From the NCBI GenBank assembly GCA_016779265.1, contig JADHNY010000003.1, positions 12,741 through 76,740 on the forward strand: 64,000 bases of DNA, written 5' to 3'. The first letter of the stretch is position 1. Each line of letters begins with the position of its first letter. Made by a program: the position numbers and the translations under genes. Positions 27,677 through 39,936 of this stretch are shown here, one piece after another. Under the pieces are notes generated by a model. It saw nothing but the letters and a program-made list of their open reading frames with translations. It had not been told where the DNA came from and searched no databases. The DNA comes from Pirellulales bacterium. GTDB taxonomy: Bacteria; Planctomycetota; Planctomycetia; Pirellulales; UBA1268.

Positions 27677-28639
27677 TCAGCTGAAGAAGAGTCGCGTGGC
27701 GGTGCCGCGAAGGATCGCGTCGCGGTCGGCGGTGGTTAAAAACCTGCAGCGGTCGCGGATGAGAGCCAGCGAAGGCTCATAGCCCTGGCCGTCGGCCAGC
27801 TGGAAGGGGCCGTCCGACGCCCACATCAGCCGCTCGGCGCCGTAGGCATCGCGGAGCTGCCGGATCATCGGCTCGAGGTCTTCGTAGGGAGGCTGCTTGT
27901 GGCCGAGCGCGTAGAAGGCTGAGATTTTCACAAACACCGTGGGAAAACGGGCCAGGCCTAGCAGCAGCTCCAGCTGCCCTTGATCAACAGCTCCGCGCAT
28001 GCCGATGCGGGCGAAGTGATCAATCACCACAGGTGTCTTGGGAAACGCCTGGCACATCCGCTGTACTGCCGGCAAGGCGTCGGGGTTCGCCAGGAGGCAC
28101 ATCGCCAGTCCCTTCTCTGAGGCAGTTTGCCACATCTGCCGCATGCCATCGGAGTCTTGCCAGGCTTCTGCTTTGGCGCGATCGGTGTAGAGGCGAAATC
28201 CGCGCACGCCGTGCTGGGCCATTGTCTGCATGGTGTCTGCCACCGTCGGCTGCTCGTGGTCAACGATGGCCACCCCGCCAAACACACCAGGGTGAGCGGC
28301 CATGCAGTCGAGCATGTAGCGATTGTCAAAGCCGTAGTAGCTCATCTGGATCAGTACGATCCGCGAGATGCCCAGAGGCTGTGCGGCTGCGAGAAGCTCG
28401 CTCGCGGTGAAGCTCGCTGGCTGCATGTCGCTGCGTTGAAAGTCAGCAGCGAGGGGATACCGCTTCAGGTCAGGCGTCCAGACATGGACATGAGCGTCGA
28501 CAAGCCCGTCAGCGACCCCGGCGGTGGCTTCATCGCTGCAACTGAGTCGAGGCCCGGCGGTGGCAAAGGCGGAGGCGGCAAGAAGGCGGAGGCTGTTGCC
28601 CGTAAACGATCGCCGTGTGCTGCTGGTGTGAGAGGTCAT
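27677..28639 (-). CDS. Amidohydrolase-2 family metal-dependent hydrolase with Tat-like leader
   Basis: VDAHVHVW metal site and a TIM-barrel amidohydrolase pattern (...VIDHFAR...). Leader MTSHTSSTRRSFTGNSLRLLAASAFA. Start set at ATG 28639. Confidence 0.65.
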   Translation of the reverse strand: MTSHTSSTRRSFTGNSLRLLAASAFATAGPRLSCSDEATAGVADGLVDAHVHVWTPDLKRYPLAADFQRSDMQPASFTASELLAAAQPLGISRIVLIQMSYYGFDNRYMLDCMAAHPGVFGGVAIVDHEQPTVADTMQTMAQHGVRGFRLYTDRAKAEAWQDSDGMRQMWQTASEKGLAMCLLANPDALPAVQRMCQAFPKTPVVIDHFARIGMRGAVDQGQLELLLGLARFPTVFVKISAFYALGHKQPPYEDLEPMIRQLRDAYGAERLMWASDGPFQLADGQGYEPSLALIRDRCRFLTTADRDAILRGTATRLFFS

Positions 28640-28751
28640 GCGAGACGTGCTCCCCGTTGGTTGATCATCCCTGCAGATCGCGAAGACTCCCGCTAGCGTA
28701 GAAACGCGTCGAGCTGCTCTGCAACGCGGGACCGCGGGCCTGTGAGGCGTG

Positions 28752-29903
28752 TCAGGAGAACTGCCTGACAAACTCACGATAAAACGCCGTCGCTGTATTC
28801 ACTTCAGCCAGAGGAACCGACTCGGCAGCTGCGTGGGCCATGTCGATGCTTCCTGGCCCGAACACGATCGACGGCACTCCGGCCCGACGTGAGAGTTTGC
28901 TGGCATCGCTTCCATAGGGAACACCAAGCGGTTCCGGCGAGAGCCCGAGTTGCTGACTCACGCGACGGGCAACGGACACGACCTCAGCATCATGTGGCGT
29001 CTCAAGGGTCTCATCGAGAAGCAGCGTGTCGATGCTATAGCCGACGCCGGTCCTGGCAAGCGTTGCCTCGACCACACGACGATAGTCATCGAGCACGACA
29101 TCTGGCAGTTCACCTGGGAGAAGCCGACGATCGACATCGAGTTCACAGGCCTCAGCCACAATATTCACCTGCACGCCTCCGCGAATGATCCCGATGGAGC
29201 CGGTGGCAGGCCCGAGCAGCGGATGCTGAGGTTTGGTGAGCAGGTTGTTGTGCAGGCTGTCGAGCGCGAGCACAACCTCGGCTGCTGCCGAGATCGCGCT
29301 GGAGCCCAGCCAGGGTTTGGAGGAGTGCGCCGCTTTCCCGCAGAGTCGGATGCGGAAACGCAGCACACCTTTGGTGGCTGAGACTGTTCCCAGCCGTGTC
29401 GGTTCCGCGACAATGGCCGCCGCGGTCGTTCCACCAGCAGTGGCGAGGCCGTCAACCAATGCAAGCACCCCGCGGTAGGCGTGTTCTTCATCGACAACTG
29501 CGGCCAGCCAGACATCGCACGCAGGCGACTCCCCTGTGTCTGCGAGGTCGAGCACGGCAGCCAGCATCGCGGCGAGGCCGCCTTTGGTGTCGCACGAGCC
29601 TCGGCCCATGAGCTGCCCATCTTCAAGGACTGGGTCGAAGGCCGCGATGGTCATGCCTTCCACGCCAACCGTATCCATGTGGGCCTCGAGCACGACTCGC
29701 CGGGAACGGTCTCTGCCCGGGAGCACGCCGATCACATTGTCTCGGCCAGGCTCGACCGGCTGGATGAGCACGTCGAGACCGGCCTTCGTGAACTGACCAC
29801 GCATGAAGCGAGCCAGGTCGGCTTCGCCAGGCCCACCGTAGGCCGGGTTCACGCTGTTGATCGCAATCAGCTCTGAGAGCAGGTCTGTGGCAGAGGGGGC
29901 CAT
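28752..29903 (-). CDS. M20 family metallopeptidase (ArgE/DapE-like deacylase)
   Basis: LIAINSVNPAYGG, LEAHMDTVGVEG, GRGSCDTKGG, and a C-terminal dimerisation-type region. Start at ATG 29903. Confidence 0.75.
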   Translation of the reverse strand: MAPSATDLLSELIAINSVNPAYGGPGEADLARFMRGQFTKAGLDVLIQPVEPGRDNVIGVLPGRDRSRRVVLEAHMDTVGVEGMTIAAFDPVLEDGQLMGRGSCDTKGGLAAMLAAVLDLADTGESPACDVWLAAVVDEEHAYRGVLALVDGLATAGGTTAAAIVAEPTRLGTVSATKGVLRFRIRLCGKAAHSSKPWLGSSAISAAAEVVLALDSLHNNLLTKPQHPLLGPATGSIGIIRGGVQVNIVAEACELDVDRRLLPGELPDVVLDDYRRVVEATLARTGVGYSIDTLLLDETLETPHDAEVVSVARRVSQQLGLSPEPLGVPYGSDASKLSRRAGVPSIVFGPGSIDMAHAAAESVPLAEVNTATAFYREFVRQFS

Positions 29904-29969
29904 ACAGGGCTCGCACGAAAAGCATGGGGGAAACAAACTGAGGCGGGACAGCCTCTGCAAGTATCAGCC

Positions 29970-31832
29970 CTACGGTGACTCGGCCGTAGGCTCCACGGGA
30001 TGAAACCGCAGCCGGTAACTTGCTCGCTTGCCGGCAGGCGTCGAGAGTGTGAGTGCGATTCCCTGCTCGGTTTTCTCGATCTGCACCTCGTTTTTCTGGA
30101 GTTCTTTCTCGGTGGTGCCGGCCGCGTAGTCGCGGGCGATGTCGCAGTCCCACGTTCCCTCGGCAAGTTCCATGGGGAGTAGGTTTGGAGGATGTTCCTG
30201 GGTCGCCGGTGTGGCGTAGTGCCACATCCGCCCGTTGACTCTCACGAAAGGCCCTGCAAGGGAATGTTCACCAGGAGGAACCTGGCCAAACGGGAACTGA
30301 ACCATCAACCCGGTGATGTCGCGAAGCTGAGGGGCCGCAGGGAGTCCTTCGTCGTCCGTCGCGTCTGCCGGTCCACCGCCGGCTGGTGATTCAGGGGTTT
30401 GTGCCATCACGCCAACCGCAAAGGTAACCTGCCCCTCAAGCCCAACCTGAATGCTGATCGCATCGACCGGCCCTTCCTTGTCGAGCTGCATCGGATCGCC
30501 GGGAAACCCCGCGTAGAGGGGCCGTTCGGCAAGCGGGAACGTCAGCTGGATTGTGCGGACCACGGTGTCTCCAGTCAGGCCGCGGATCCGTGCCTGGATG
30601 AACCCCACGTGAGGATCGTCAATGTGCACCACGGAAGCATTCCAGGTGCCGTCGGGGAGATACTTCTCGCCATCGACGAGGTCTGCAGCCAACATCCGTG
30701 GCGCGCCTCCTGAGCGAAGTTCGATCTGAACCTTGTCATCGGGGATGCGAATCAGGCGTGCGGCATCGGAGAGCCTGCCTTTGACCTTGGGCGCGATCAC
30801 CCGATCAGTCAGGGGGACGAGTTCTCCGGGCTTGAGCTGAGGACCTTGCCCGCGGCGAACGAGGAGTTTGATTTCTTCCCGCGGATCAGCCACCGCCTGG
30901 ATGACCACTTCTTTGGCATCATCGGGCACGGCGGCCACTGAGGTCTGCCAGGTCTGCCCGCTGTCGGCAGAGAGATCGAGTTCGATGCGGTCCGGACGGG
31001 TGGGGCGATACTTTTGGCTGCCAAAGTCGGTGACAAGCCCGATATGAAAGTCGGCTGCCTCGCCGCGATCCTTCCATGGGATGGGGTCGACGTGAAGCCC
31101 CAGGCCCGGCTGCGAGAGGAACTCGCGAAGGCGTGGCAGGCTGACTGCGAAACTCGTGCGGTCTGCAGGCGGAGCCATCTTGGCAGTGACGACGCCCACC
31201 ACCCGGCCCTTACTGTCAACGAGTGGTCCGCCGGAGTTGCCGAAGTTCACCACCGCGTCAAACCGGATCGTCTCGAGGATTCCAGCCTCGTCACGTCCGA
31301 GTGAGCTCACCCGGCCTTGGTTCATCGTGATCGACGGATTCCGGGCATCAACCAGGGTGCCAAACGGAAAGCCAAAGGCACGCACCTCAGTGCCGAGCGC
31401 TGGCTCATCTTCGGCTGGCAGCATGGGCAGAAAGGGTAGTTCTTGATCGCTGTCGACTTTCAGCAGTGCCAGATCCCATTCGTTGTTGCTCGACAGGCTG
31501 CGGGCCATCACCGTGCGCTCGTTGGGAGTGCCGGAGTCGAGGACAAGTGGCACGGTTGCCAGCATGTTGAGACCGTTGAGCACATGCACGTTCGTGATGA
31601 ACAGGCCCGCGGGGTCGATGCAGAAAGCTGTGCCTTCCCCAGCTGGTGTCTGCTTCACAAACGCCGTGGCCCGCGAGACCCGCTCAATGGGGTCTTCTGC
31701 TGCGGCGTGCACCATGGCGGCAGGGAGCAGCGTTGCCAGCAGGGCCCAAAGCACGAGCCGAGAAACTCGCGGGAGAGCCGAGTTGAGACGTGGTCTCCAG
31801 AACTGGAGAAACGGGCGTCGGGAAAAAAGCAT
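29970..31832 (-). CDS. Trypsin-like (S1C) serine protease with ~360-aa uncharacterised C-terminal region
   Basis: Catalytic triad context: ITNVHVL (His), WDLALLKV (Asp), FGNSGGPLVDSKGRVVGV (Ser). Signal peptide present. The C-terminal two-thirds have no recognisable family. Confidence 0.75.
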   Translation of the reverse strand: MLFSRRPFLQFWRPRLNSALPRVSRLVLWALLATLLPAAMVHAAAEDPIERVSRATAFVKQTPAGEGTAFCIDPAGLFITNVHVLNGLNMLATVPLVLDSGTPNERTVMARSLSSNNEWDLALLKVDSDQELPFLPMLPAEDEPALGTEVRAFGFPFGTLVDARNPSITMNQGRVSSLGRDEAGILETIRFDAVVNFGNSGGPLVDSKGRVVGVVTAKMAPPADRTSFAVSLPRLREFLSQPGLGLHVDPIPWKDRGEAADFHIGLVTDFGSQKYRPTRPDRIELDLSADSGQTWQTSVAAVPDDAKEVVIQAVADPREEIKLLVRRGQGPQLKPGELVPLTDRVIAPKVKGRLSDAARLIRIPDDKVQIELRSGGAPRMLAADLVDGEKYLPDGTWNASVVHIDDPHVGFIQARIRGLTGDTVVRTIQLTFPLAERPLYAGFPGDPMQLDKEGPVDAISIQVGLEGQVTFAVGVMAQTPESPAGGGPADATDDEGLPAAPQLRDITGLMVQFPFGQVPPGEHSLAGPFVRVNGRMWHYATPATQEHPPNLLPMELAEGTWDCDIARDYAAGTTEKELQKNEVQIEKTEQGIALTLSTPAGKRASYRLRFHPVEPTAESP

Positions 31833-32019
31833 CGGCCAACCTCGGGGCTGCGGGCGGGTGCTGCGTTACCGGGGCGTGGGGCGGTGGAGAGTGTCTCGTT
31901 TAAGGATATCCGACGGGTCGCTCGCGAGGCTTTGCCGGGCAGCGTCAAACAATGGGAGGCGTGTGCGAGGAAGCCGCTGGTCCGTTGTCGGCGGCTGACG
32001 AGCTGCGTAAACTACTGAA

Positions 32020-32182
32020 CTGTCAGGAGAGAGTCGAAAGACCGCCGAAGGCCGAACGCTCAGGCAAAAGTACTGACAGATTAGCGCTGTTGGAGAGAGG
32101 TGTGGCGGCTGTCACACCCACCGAAGGGGCAAACCCAGAGGCCGAAGCCTCAGGGTGAATCTCTCAGGTACCAGGACAACAG
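32020..32182 (+). promoter_or_regulatory. Tandem glycine riboswitch (two aptamers) in the gcvP leader
   Basis: Aptamer 1 (32020-32079): P1 CTGTCAG/CTGACAG, GGAGAG, CGCCGAAGG, CTCAGGCAAAAGTAC. Aptamer 2 (32087-32182): P1 CTGTTG/CAACAG, GGAGAG, CACCGAAGGGGCAA, CTCTCAGGTACCAGGAC. This is the same arrangement as the classic gcvT leader. Confidence 0.85.
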
Positions 32183-32237
32183 GGTTCCCGTCGTTGCTAC
32201 CGCTGTGCGGTGGCCGCCCTCGCTCAGGAGCCTGAAG

Positions 32238-35177
<2,940 letters not shown>

Positions 35178-35223
35178 GCCGCCGCTGTGAGCAGCTGGCA
35201 TCTGTCGATGCATCAGACCACCA

Positions 35224-35811
35224 TCACTTGATCGATGACGACACGGGGCCTTCGGAAAACATCAGCCGGGTGCCGAGAGCGATGGCGGTGATCGAGATGG
35301 GAATCGTCAGCAGCTCCCAGTGAAGGTCACCGAGGAGAATCTTCTCAGCGAGCACCCGCACGAACATGATGGCGAGCAGGACGGCCACCACCTCCATCAG
35401 GGTCTTCTTCAGTGAGGCGATGTTTTCCACTTTCAGCCAGCGAGGTGCTGCAGAGACGGTGTTGGTGTTGGTGAGAAAGAGCGAATAGATCCCGTAGGCG
35501 AAATAGAGGAACGTGAGGCCGGTGAGGCCGTTGTCGAGCGACTCCAGCAGCTGCAGGTTGGCGGCGACACGCGGGCTTGCCTGCTTGCCAACTGGCGCCG
35601 CGTCTGCCGCCCCTTCCAGGACGGGCATCATTTCCAGGTACTGGAGCACGGCCTCCGCGGTGTTGCTCGCCCCGATGACAAACATCAGCAAGGCGCCCAC
35701 GAGCGACGACAACACCACCACGACGCTGAACCAGCGTGTCAGGCCCATGATCTGCGTCATGCGGGGCAGTTTTTGGCGAATGGCAGCAGAGGAGTGAGTG
35801 GCGTGATCCAT
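35224..35811 (-). CDS. YqhA/UPF0114-like membrane protein
   Basis: Four hydrophobic segments. The TRWF...LL N-terminal helix and IASLKKTLMEVVAVLLAIMFVRVL resemble E. coli YqhA. Start at ATG 35811. Confidence 0.5.
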   Translation of the reverse strand: MDHATHSSAAIRQKLPRMTQIMGLTRWFSVVVVLSSLVGALLMFVIGASNTAEAVLQYLEMMPVLEGAADAAPVGKQASPRVAANLQLLESLDNGLTGLTFLYFAYGIYSLFLTNTNTVSAAPRWLKVENIASLKKTLMEVVAVLLAIMFVRVLAEKILLGDLHWELLTIPISITAIALGTRLMFSEGPVSSSIK

Positions 35812-36032
35812 GGACGACTTCCAGAAATAGAGGCACGGGCGGAAGTTCCGCATGGTACTTCAATTGCTGTCATCATGCGGTTGGCGGGCGAACGCGAGTC
35901 TGAGACCACTGTGTTGACGCTCCGGCCAAAGGCTTCGACAATCCAGGAGTTCAGACATTGACTGGCCCTTGCGTGCCGTCCCTTGGAGGTCTCCCTGCCA
36001 CGGAGTTCCTCCTCAACTGGAGCAACCGAAGC

Positions 36033-37328
36033 GTGGATTCCGAGCAGACAGGCGTTCTCAATATTCTCCGACACGACGATCCAGAAATCTTTGCCGCTGT
36101 CGAGGCCGAGGCCACCCGCCAGCGGGAAGGTCTCGAGATGATTGCGAGTGAGAACTTCACGAGCGCTGCTGTCATGCAGGCTGTCGGGAGCGTGCTCACC
36201 AATAAGTATGCCGAAGGCTATCCTGGCCGCCGTTATTACGGTGGTTGCGAGCATGTGGACGTTGTGGAGAACATCGCTCGCGATCGGGCCAAGCAGCTCT
36301 TCGGCGCCGAGCATGCAAACGTTCAGCCGCACTCCGGGAGTCAGGCCAACTCGGCTGTCTACCTCGCGGCAATCCAGCCTGGTGACACGGTGCTGGCATT
36401 TGACCTTGCCCATGGCGGACATCTCACCCATGGGATGAAACTCAACGCCTCGGGCATCCTCTACAACTTTGTACACTACGGTGTTCGTCAGGACGACAAC
36501 CTGCTCGACTTCGACCAGGTGGCCAGGCTTGCGCGTGAGCATCGTCCAAAGCTGATTGTGGCTGGTGCCAGTGCATATCCACGCGAAATTCCGCATGCTC
36601 GCTTCGCGGAGATTGCTCGCGAGGTTGGTGCCAAGTTGATGGTCGACATGGCTCACTATGCAGGGCTCGTGGCGGCTGGCATTCATGACAACCCCGTGCC
36701 CGTCGCAGACTTTGTGACGAGCACAACGCACAAGACGCTGCGCGGCCCTCGTGGTGGCATCGCCATGTGTCGTGAAGAGCATGCCAAGGATCTTGATCGT
36801 TCGGTTTTCCCGGGAACCCAGGGTGGACCACTGGAGCATGTGATTGCTGGTAAGGCCGTTGCCTTTGGTGAAGCGCTTAAGCCGGAGTTCCGGTCGTATG
36901 CCGAGCAGGTGGTCGCCAATGCGAAAGTGCTGGCAGAGAGCCTGCTTGAGGGTGGCCTGAAGATTGTCAGTGGTGGCACCGACAACCATCTCGTGCTCGT
37001 CGACGTCACGCCGGCAGGCCTTGGTGGCAAACTCGCCGAGGCATCACTCGATCACTGTGGAATCACCTGCAATAAGAACATGATTCCGTTTGATCAGCGG
37101 AAGCCGATGGATCCCTCGGGTATCCGCCTTGGCACGCCCGCCCTGACTACGCGTGGTATGGGTGCTGACGAGATGCGGCAGATCGCTCGCTGGATCCTCG
37201 CGGTGCTTGCCGCTCCTGAAGATGAGGCCGTGCTGGCGGCCACCAAGAGCGAGGTGGTCGCAATGGCTGATCAGTTCCCGGTGCCGGCGGCCAGGCTTGA
37301 GCAAAGTCTGGAAGCGGTTGAGCGATGA
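36033..37328 (+). CDS. glyA: Serine hydroxymethyltransferase
   Basis: LEMIASENF, the PLP site [12 protein letters not shown], and [18 protein letters not shown]. The track start (TTG 35958) gives a 25-aa excess. GTG 36033 (GGAG 10 nt upstream) gives an N-terminal length matching E. coli GlyA. Start uncertain. Confidence 0.9.
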   Translation: MDSEQTGVLNILRHDDPEIFAAVEAEATRQREGLEMIASENFTSAAVMQAVGSVLTNKYAEGYPGRRYYGGCEHVDVVENIARDRAKQLFGAEHANVQPHSGSQANSAVYLAAIQPGDTVLAFDLAHGGHLTHGMKLNASGILYNFVHYGVRQDDNLLDFDQVARLAREHRPKLIVAGASAYPREIPHARFAEIAREVGAKLMVDMAHYAGLVAAGIHDNPVPVADFVTSTTHKTLRGPRGGIAMCREEHAKDLDRSVFPGTQGGPLEHVIAGKAVAFGEALKPEFRSYAEQVVANAKVLAESLLEGGLKIVSGGTDNHLVLVDVTPAGLGGKLAEASLDHCGITCNKNMIPFDQRKPMDPSGIRLGTPALTTRGMGADEMRQIARWILAVLAAPEDEAVLAATKSEVVAMADQFPVPAARLEQSLEAVER

Positions 37329-38224
37329 CCACACCGGTCGCGGCGTCGTCACAGACCTTGGTTCGCCGTGTGATTCGCATCGGTCTCGTGCAGTCAGCCT
37401 GTACTGCTGACCGGGAGGCGAATGTTGAGCAGGCTCTCGTGGGCATTGCTCAGGCAGCCAAAGCTGGTGCTGACGTTGTCTGCCTGCAAGAACTCTTCGC
37501 TGGTGAGTACCCCTGCCAGACAGAAGATCATGCGAGGTTTGCTGACGCAGAGGCGATGCCTGGGCCGCTGACTGCTCGACTGTCGGCAGCGGCTCGGGAA
37601 CATCGCGTGGTACTGATCGGCAGCGGCTTTGAGCGGCGAGCTCACGGGCTGTTCCACAACACGGCGGTAGTGTTTGAAGCGGACGGTGCGATTGCGGGGA
37701 CCTACCGCAAGATGCACATCCCAGACGATCCGCACTACTACGAGAAGTTTTTTTTCACCCCCGGCGACACAGGCTTCCTGTCGGTGCCGACTGGCAAACT
37801 CGCTGTCGGACCGCTCGTCTGCTGGGACCAGTGGTATCCCGAGGCGGCTCGGCTGACGGCGATGGCTGGGGCTGAGGCGCTCTTCTATCCAACGGCGATC
37901 GGCTGGCTGGATGGCGAAGAGGAACTCCATGCGGCCCAGTACGAGTCGTGGGACACGATGCTCCGGAGCCATGCGATCGCCAACGGCGTGTTTGTCGTGG
38001 CAGTCAATCGCACCGGTCGTGAGGGGGCGTTGCGTTTCTGGGGAGCGAGTGTCGTCTACGCCCCGAGTGGCGAACTGCTCGTCAGGGGATCGCATGACAT
38101 TCCTGAAGTGCTGGTGGCGGAATGTGATCTGACCCGGATCGAATGGTCTCGCACGCGATGGCCATTCTTTCGAGATCGCAGGATCGATGCCTACGATGGC
38201 CTCACGTCGCGATGGGGACAGTGA
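37325..38224 (+). CDS. aguB: N-carbamoylputrescine amidase (CN-hydrolase family)
   Basis: [16 protein letters not shown], catalytic Cys in [10 protein letters not shown]. The start overlaps the glyA stop (ATGA). Confidence 0.8.
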   Translation: MTTPVAASSQTLVRRVIRIGLVQSACTADREANVEQALVGIAQAAKAGADVVCLQELFAGEYPCQTEDHARFADAEAMPGPLTARLSAAAREHRVVLIGSGFERRAHGLFHNTAVVFEADGAIAGTYRKMHIPDDPHYYEKFFFTPGDTGFLSVPTGKLAVGPLVCWDQWYPEAARLTAMAGAEALFYPTAIGWLDGEEELHAAQYESWDTMLRSHAIANGVFVVAVNRTGREGALRFWGASVVYAPSGELLVRGSHDIPEVLVAECDLTRIEWSRTRWPFFRDRRIDAYDGLTSRWGQ

Positions 38225-38226
38225 GC

Positions 38227-39282
38227 ATGTCAGCCTCGACGCCAGCCTCGCTCGGCTATCGACTTGCTGCGGAGTGGGAGCCACAGCAGGCGGTCTGGCT
38301 GTCATGGCCTCATCGGCGGGCGACCTGGCCGGATCACTTTGAGCCGATCCCGCATCTGTTTGCGGATGTGGCGAGGAGGATTGCGGCGAGCGGACAACAG
38401 GTCTGCGTCGTGGCCACCGCTGCAGCACTTGCAGAGGCTCAGCAGATCCTCTCCGGTGTGAACGGGGTCTCACTGATCGATCTTCCAACGAATGATTCCT
38501 GGCTCCGTGATTCGGGGCCCGTGTTCCTGAGTGCACAGCCAGGCTGTGGCAGTCTGCCACCAGCTGCGGTGGCCTTTGGTTTCAATGCTTGGGGTGGAAA
38601 GTATCCACCGTGGAACGATGACGAAGCCCTCGGCCGGCGGATTGCCGAGTCGCTCGGGATGCGGGTGTTCTCCGGGGGCATGGTGCTGGAAGGGGGCGCG
38701 ATCGACACCGATGGCGAGGGCACGCTGCTGATCAATCGACTCTGTGTCGTTGATGAACGTCGCAATCCTGGGCGATCGATCGCAGAAGTTGAGCAGGTGT
38801 TGCGGGACCAGCTTGCAGCGAAGCGGGTGATCTGGACAGGCGGCGAACTTGCTGGGGACGATACCGATGGACACATCGATCAGCTCGCTCGATTCGTGGC
38901 TCCAGGGCGTGTCTTGGCAGCCCGACAGCCTGATCCGCTCGATCCAAACTATGCGTCGCTCGAAGCAAACCTGGGCATTCTGCGGGCGGCTCGCGATGCG
39001 TCAGGACGGCTGCTTGAGGTGGTGCCAGTCGATCTGCCAAGTCGTTTCCAGCGATATGGCGTGCAGCTTCCGGCAAGCTCTCTCAACTTCTTGGTAACCA
39101 ACACGACGGTGCTGGTACCCGTTTTTTCTGATCCGGCCGATGAACGGGCTCTTCAGACACTCGAGGCCTGTTTTCCAGGGCGTTCGATTGAGCCGGTCGA
39201 CTGCCGCGACCTTGTCTGGGGACGGGGAGCTGTGCACTGCATCACGCGAGATCAGCCACGGTGGCCTCAGGACGAGGTCTGA
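38227..39282 (+). CDS. aguA: Agmatine deiminase
   Basis: AEWEPQQAVWLSWPH, NDSWLRDSGPVF, FNAWGGKY, TDGHIDQLARF, catalytic Cys GAVHCITRDQP. The ATG lies 2 nt after the aguB stop. Confidence 0.85.
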   Translation: MSASTPASLGYRLAAEWEPQQAVWLSWPHRRATWPDHFEPIPHLFADVARRIAASGQQVCVVATAAALAEAQQILSGVNGVSLIDLPTNDSWLRDSGPVFLSAQPGCGSLPPAAVAFGFNAWGGKYPPWNDDEALGRRIAESLGMRVFSGGMVLEGGAIDTDGEGTLLINRLCVVDERRNPGRSIAEVEQVLRDQLAAKRVIWTGGELAGDDTDGHIDQLARFVAPGRVLAARQPDPLDPNYASLEANLGILRAARDASGRLLEVVPVDLPSRFQRYGVQLPASSLNFLVTNTTVLVPVFSDPADERALQTLEACFPGRSIEPVDCRDLVWGRGAVHCITRDQPRWPQDEV

Positions 39283-39283
39283 G

Positions 39284-39313
39284 GAGGCAGGGCAAAGACT
39301 CCGGCCTTGCCTC
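39284..39313 (+). terminator. Hairpin immediately after aguA
   Basis: GAGGCAGGGC (39284-39293) pairs with GCCTTGCCTC (39304-39313): 10 bp including one G-U, with a 10-nt loop. No T-tract, so termination function is uncertain. Confidence 0.35.
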
Positions 39314-39384
39314 GGAACTCTGGCTGCGGGACATTCTTGAGACGGGTGACGACCCGGATGACCGTCCTTTGGGAGAAAGACACG

Positions 39385-39900
39385 ATGGAGTCGCTCGCCG
39401 CCGGAGTGCAGGGGTTTGTCACGCTGCTGGCTCGGCTGATGCTCGTGGCGATTTTCATGCTCAGCGCACTGGGCAACAAGATCCCTCAGTTTAGTGAGAC
39501 GGTTGAGTACATGGCCTCGGAAGGAGTGCCGCAGCCGCGACTTGCCTTGTTTGGAGCGATCGCACTGCTGCTTCTCGGCGGCCTGTCGGTGATTCCGGGA
39601 GCCTGGACGCGGATTGGGGCCAGTTTCCTCTTCGTGTTTCTGATCGCGGCCACGTTTTTCTTTCACGACTTTTGGACCTACGCCGACCCAAGCCAAGACG
39701 CTCAGCAGCAGGTGCAGCTGATTCACTTCATGAAGAACGTGGCGATCGGAGGCGGTCTGCTGATGCTGGTCGGTTTTGGTGCTGGCCCCTGGAGCGTCGA
39801 TGGCTGGATTGCCATGAAGGAGGCCGAGGCTGCTGGGGCACCTCAGAAGCCGCGGCGTTCAGCTGCAAAAGACAAGTCGAGAGATGCGTCTGATGAGTGA
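39385..39900 (+). CDS. DoxX family membrane protein with charged C-terminal tail
   Basis: FVTLLARLMLVAIFMLSALGNKI..., four TM segments of the DoxX type. The tail is KEAEAAGAPQKPRRSAAKDKSRDASDE. Start at ATG 39385. Confidence 0.6.
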   Translation: MESLAAGVQGFVTLLARLMLVAIFMLSALGNKIPQFSETVEYMASEGVPQPRLALFGAIALLLLGGLSVIPGAWTRIGASFLFVFLIAATFFFHDFWTYADPSQDAQQQVQLIHFMKNVAIGGGLLMLVGFGAGPWSVDGWIAMKEAEAAGAPQKPRRSAAKDKSRDASDE

Positions 39901-39936
39901 GCGTGGAAACAACGAGATCCCTCAGGAGAGAGAACA

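Noticed and set aside
32100-32237. Upstream extension of gcvP
   Set aside because: It overlaps glycine-riboswitch aptamer 2. ATG 32238 has an AGGAG and gives a normal GcvP N-terminus.
35854-36032. Possible ZTP (pfl) or glycine-riboswitch-like fragments upstream of glyA (GGTTGGCGGGCGAAC, GACTGGCC, CTGGAGCAACCGAAGCG)
   Set aside because: There are only partial resemblances. The obligatory CCGCCTGGGC 3' element of ZTP is missing, as are the GGAGAG...CTCAGG...GGAC set and a closing P1 of a glycine aptamer.
35757-36989. 410-aa ORF antisense to glyA
   Set aside because: It is a shadow ORF. glyA on the + strand has unmistakable SHMT motifs.
37394-38560. 388-aa ORF antisense to aguB/aguA
   Set aside because: It is a shadow ORF spanning two well-supported plus-strand genes. 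Its sequence is Arg/Pro/Ser-rich and has no motifs.
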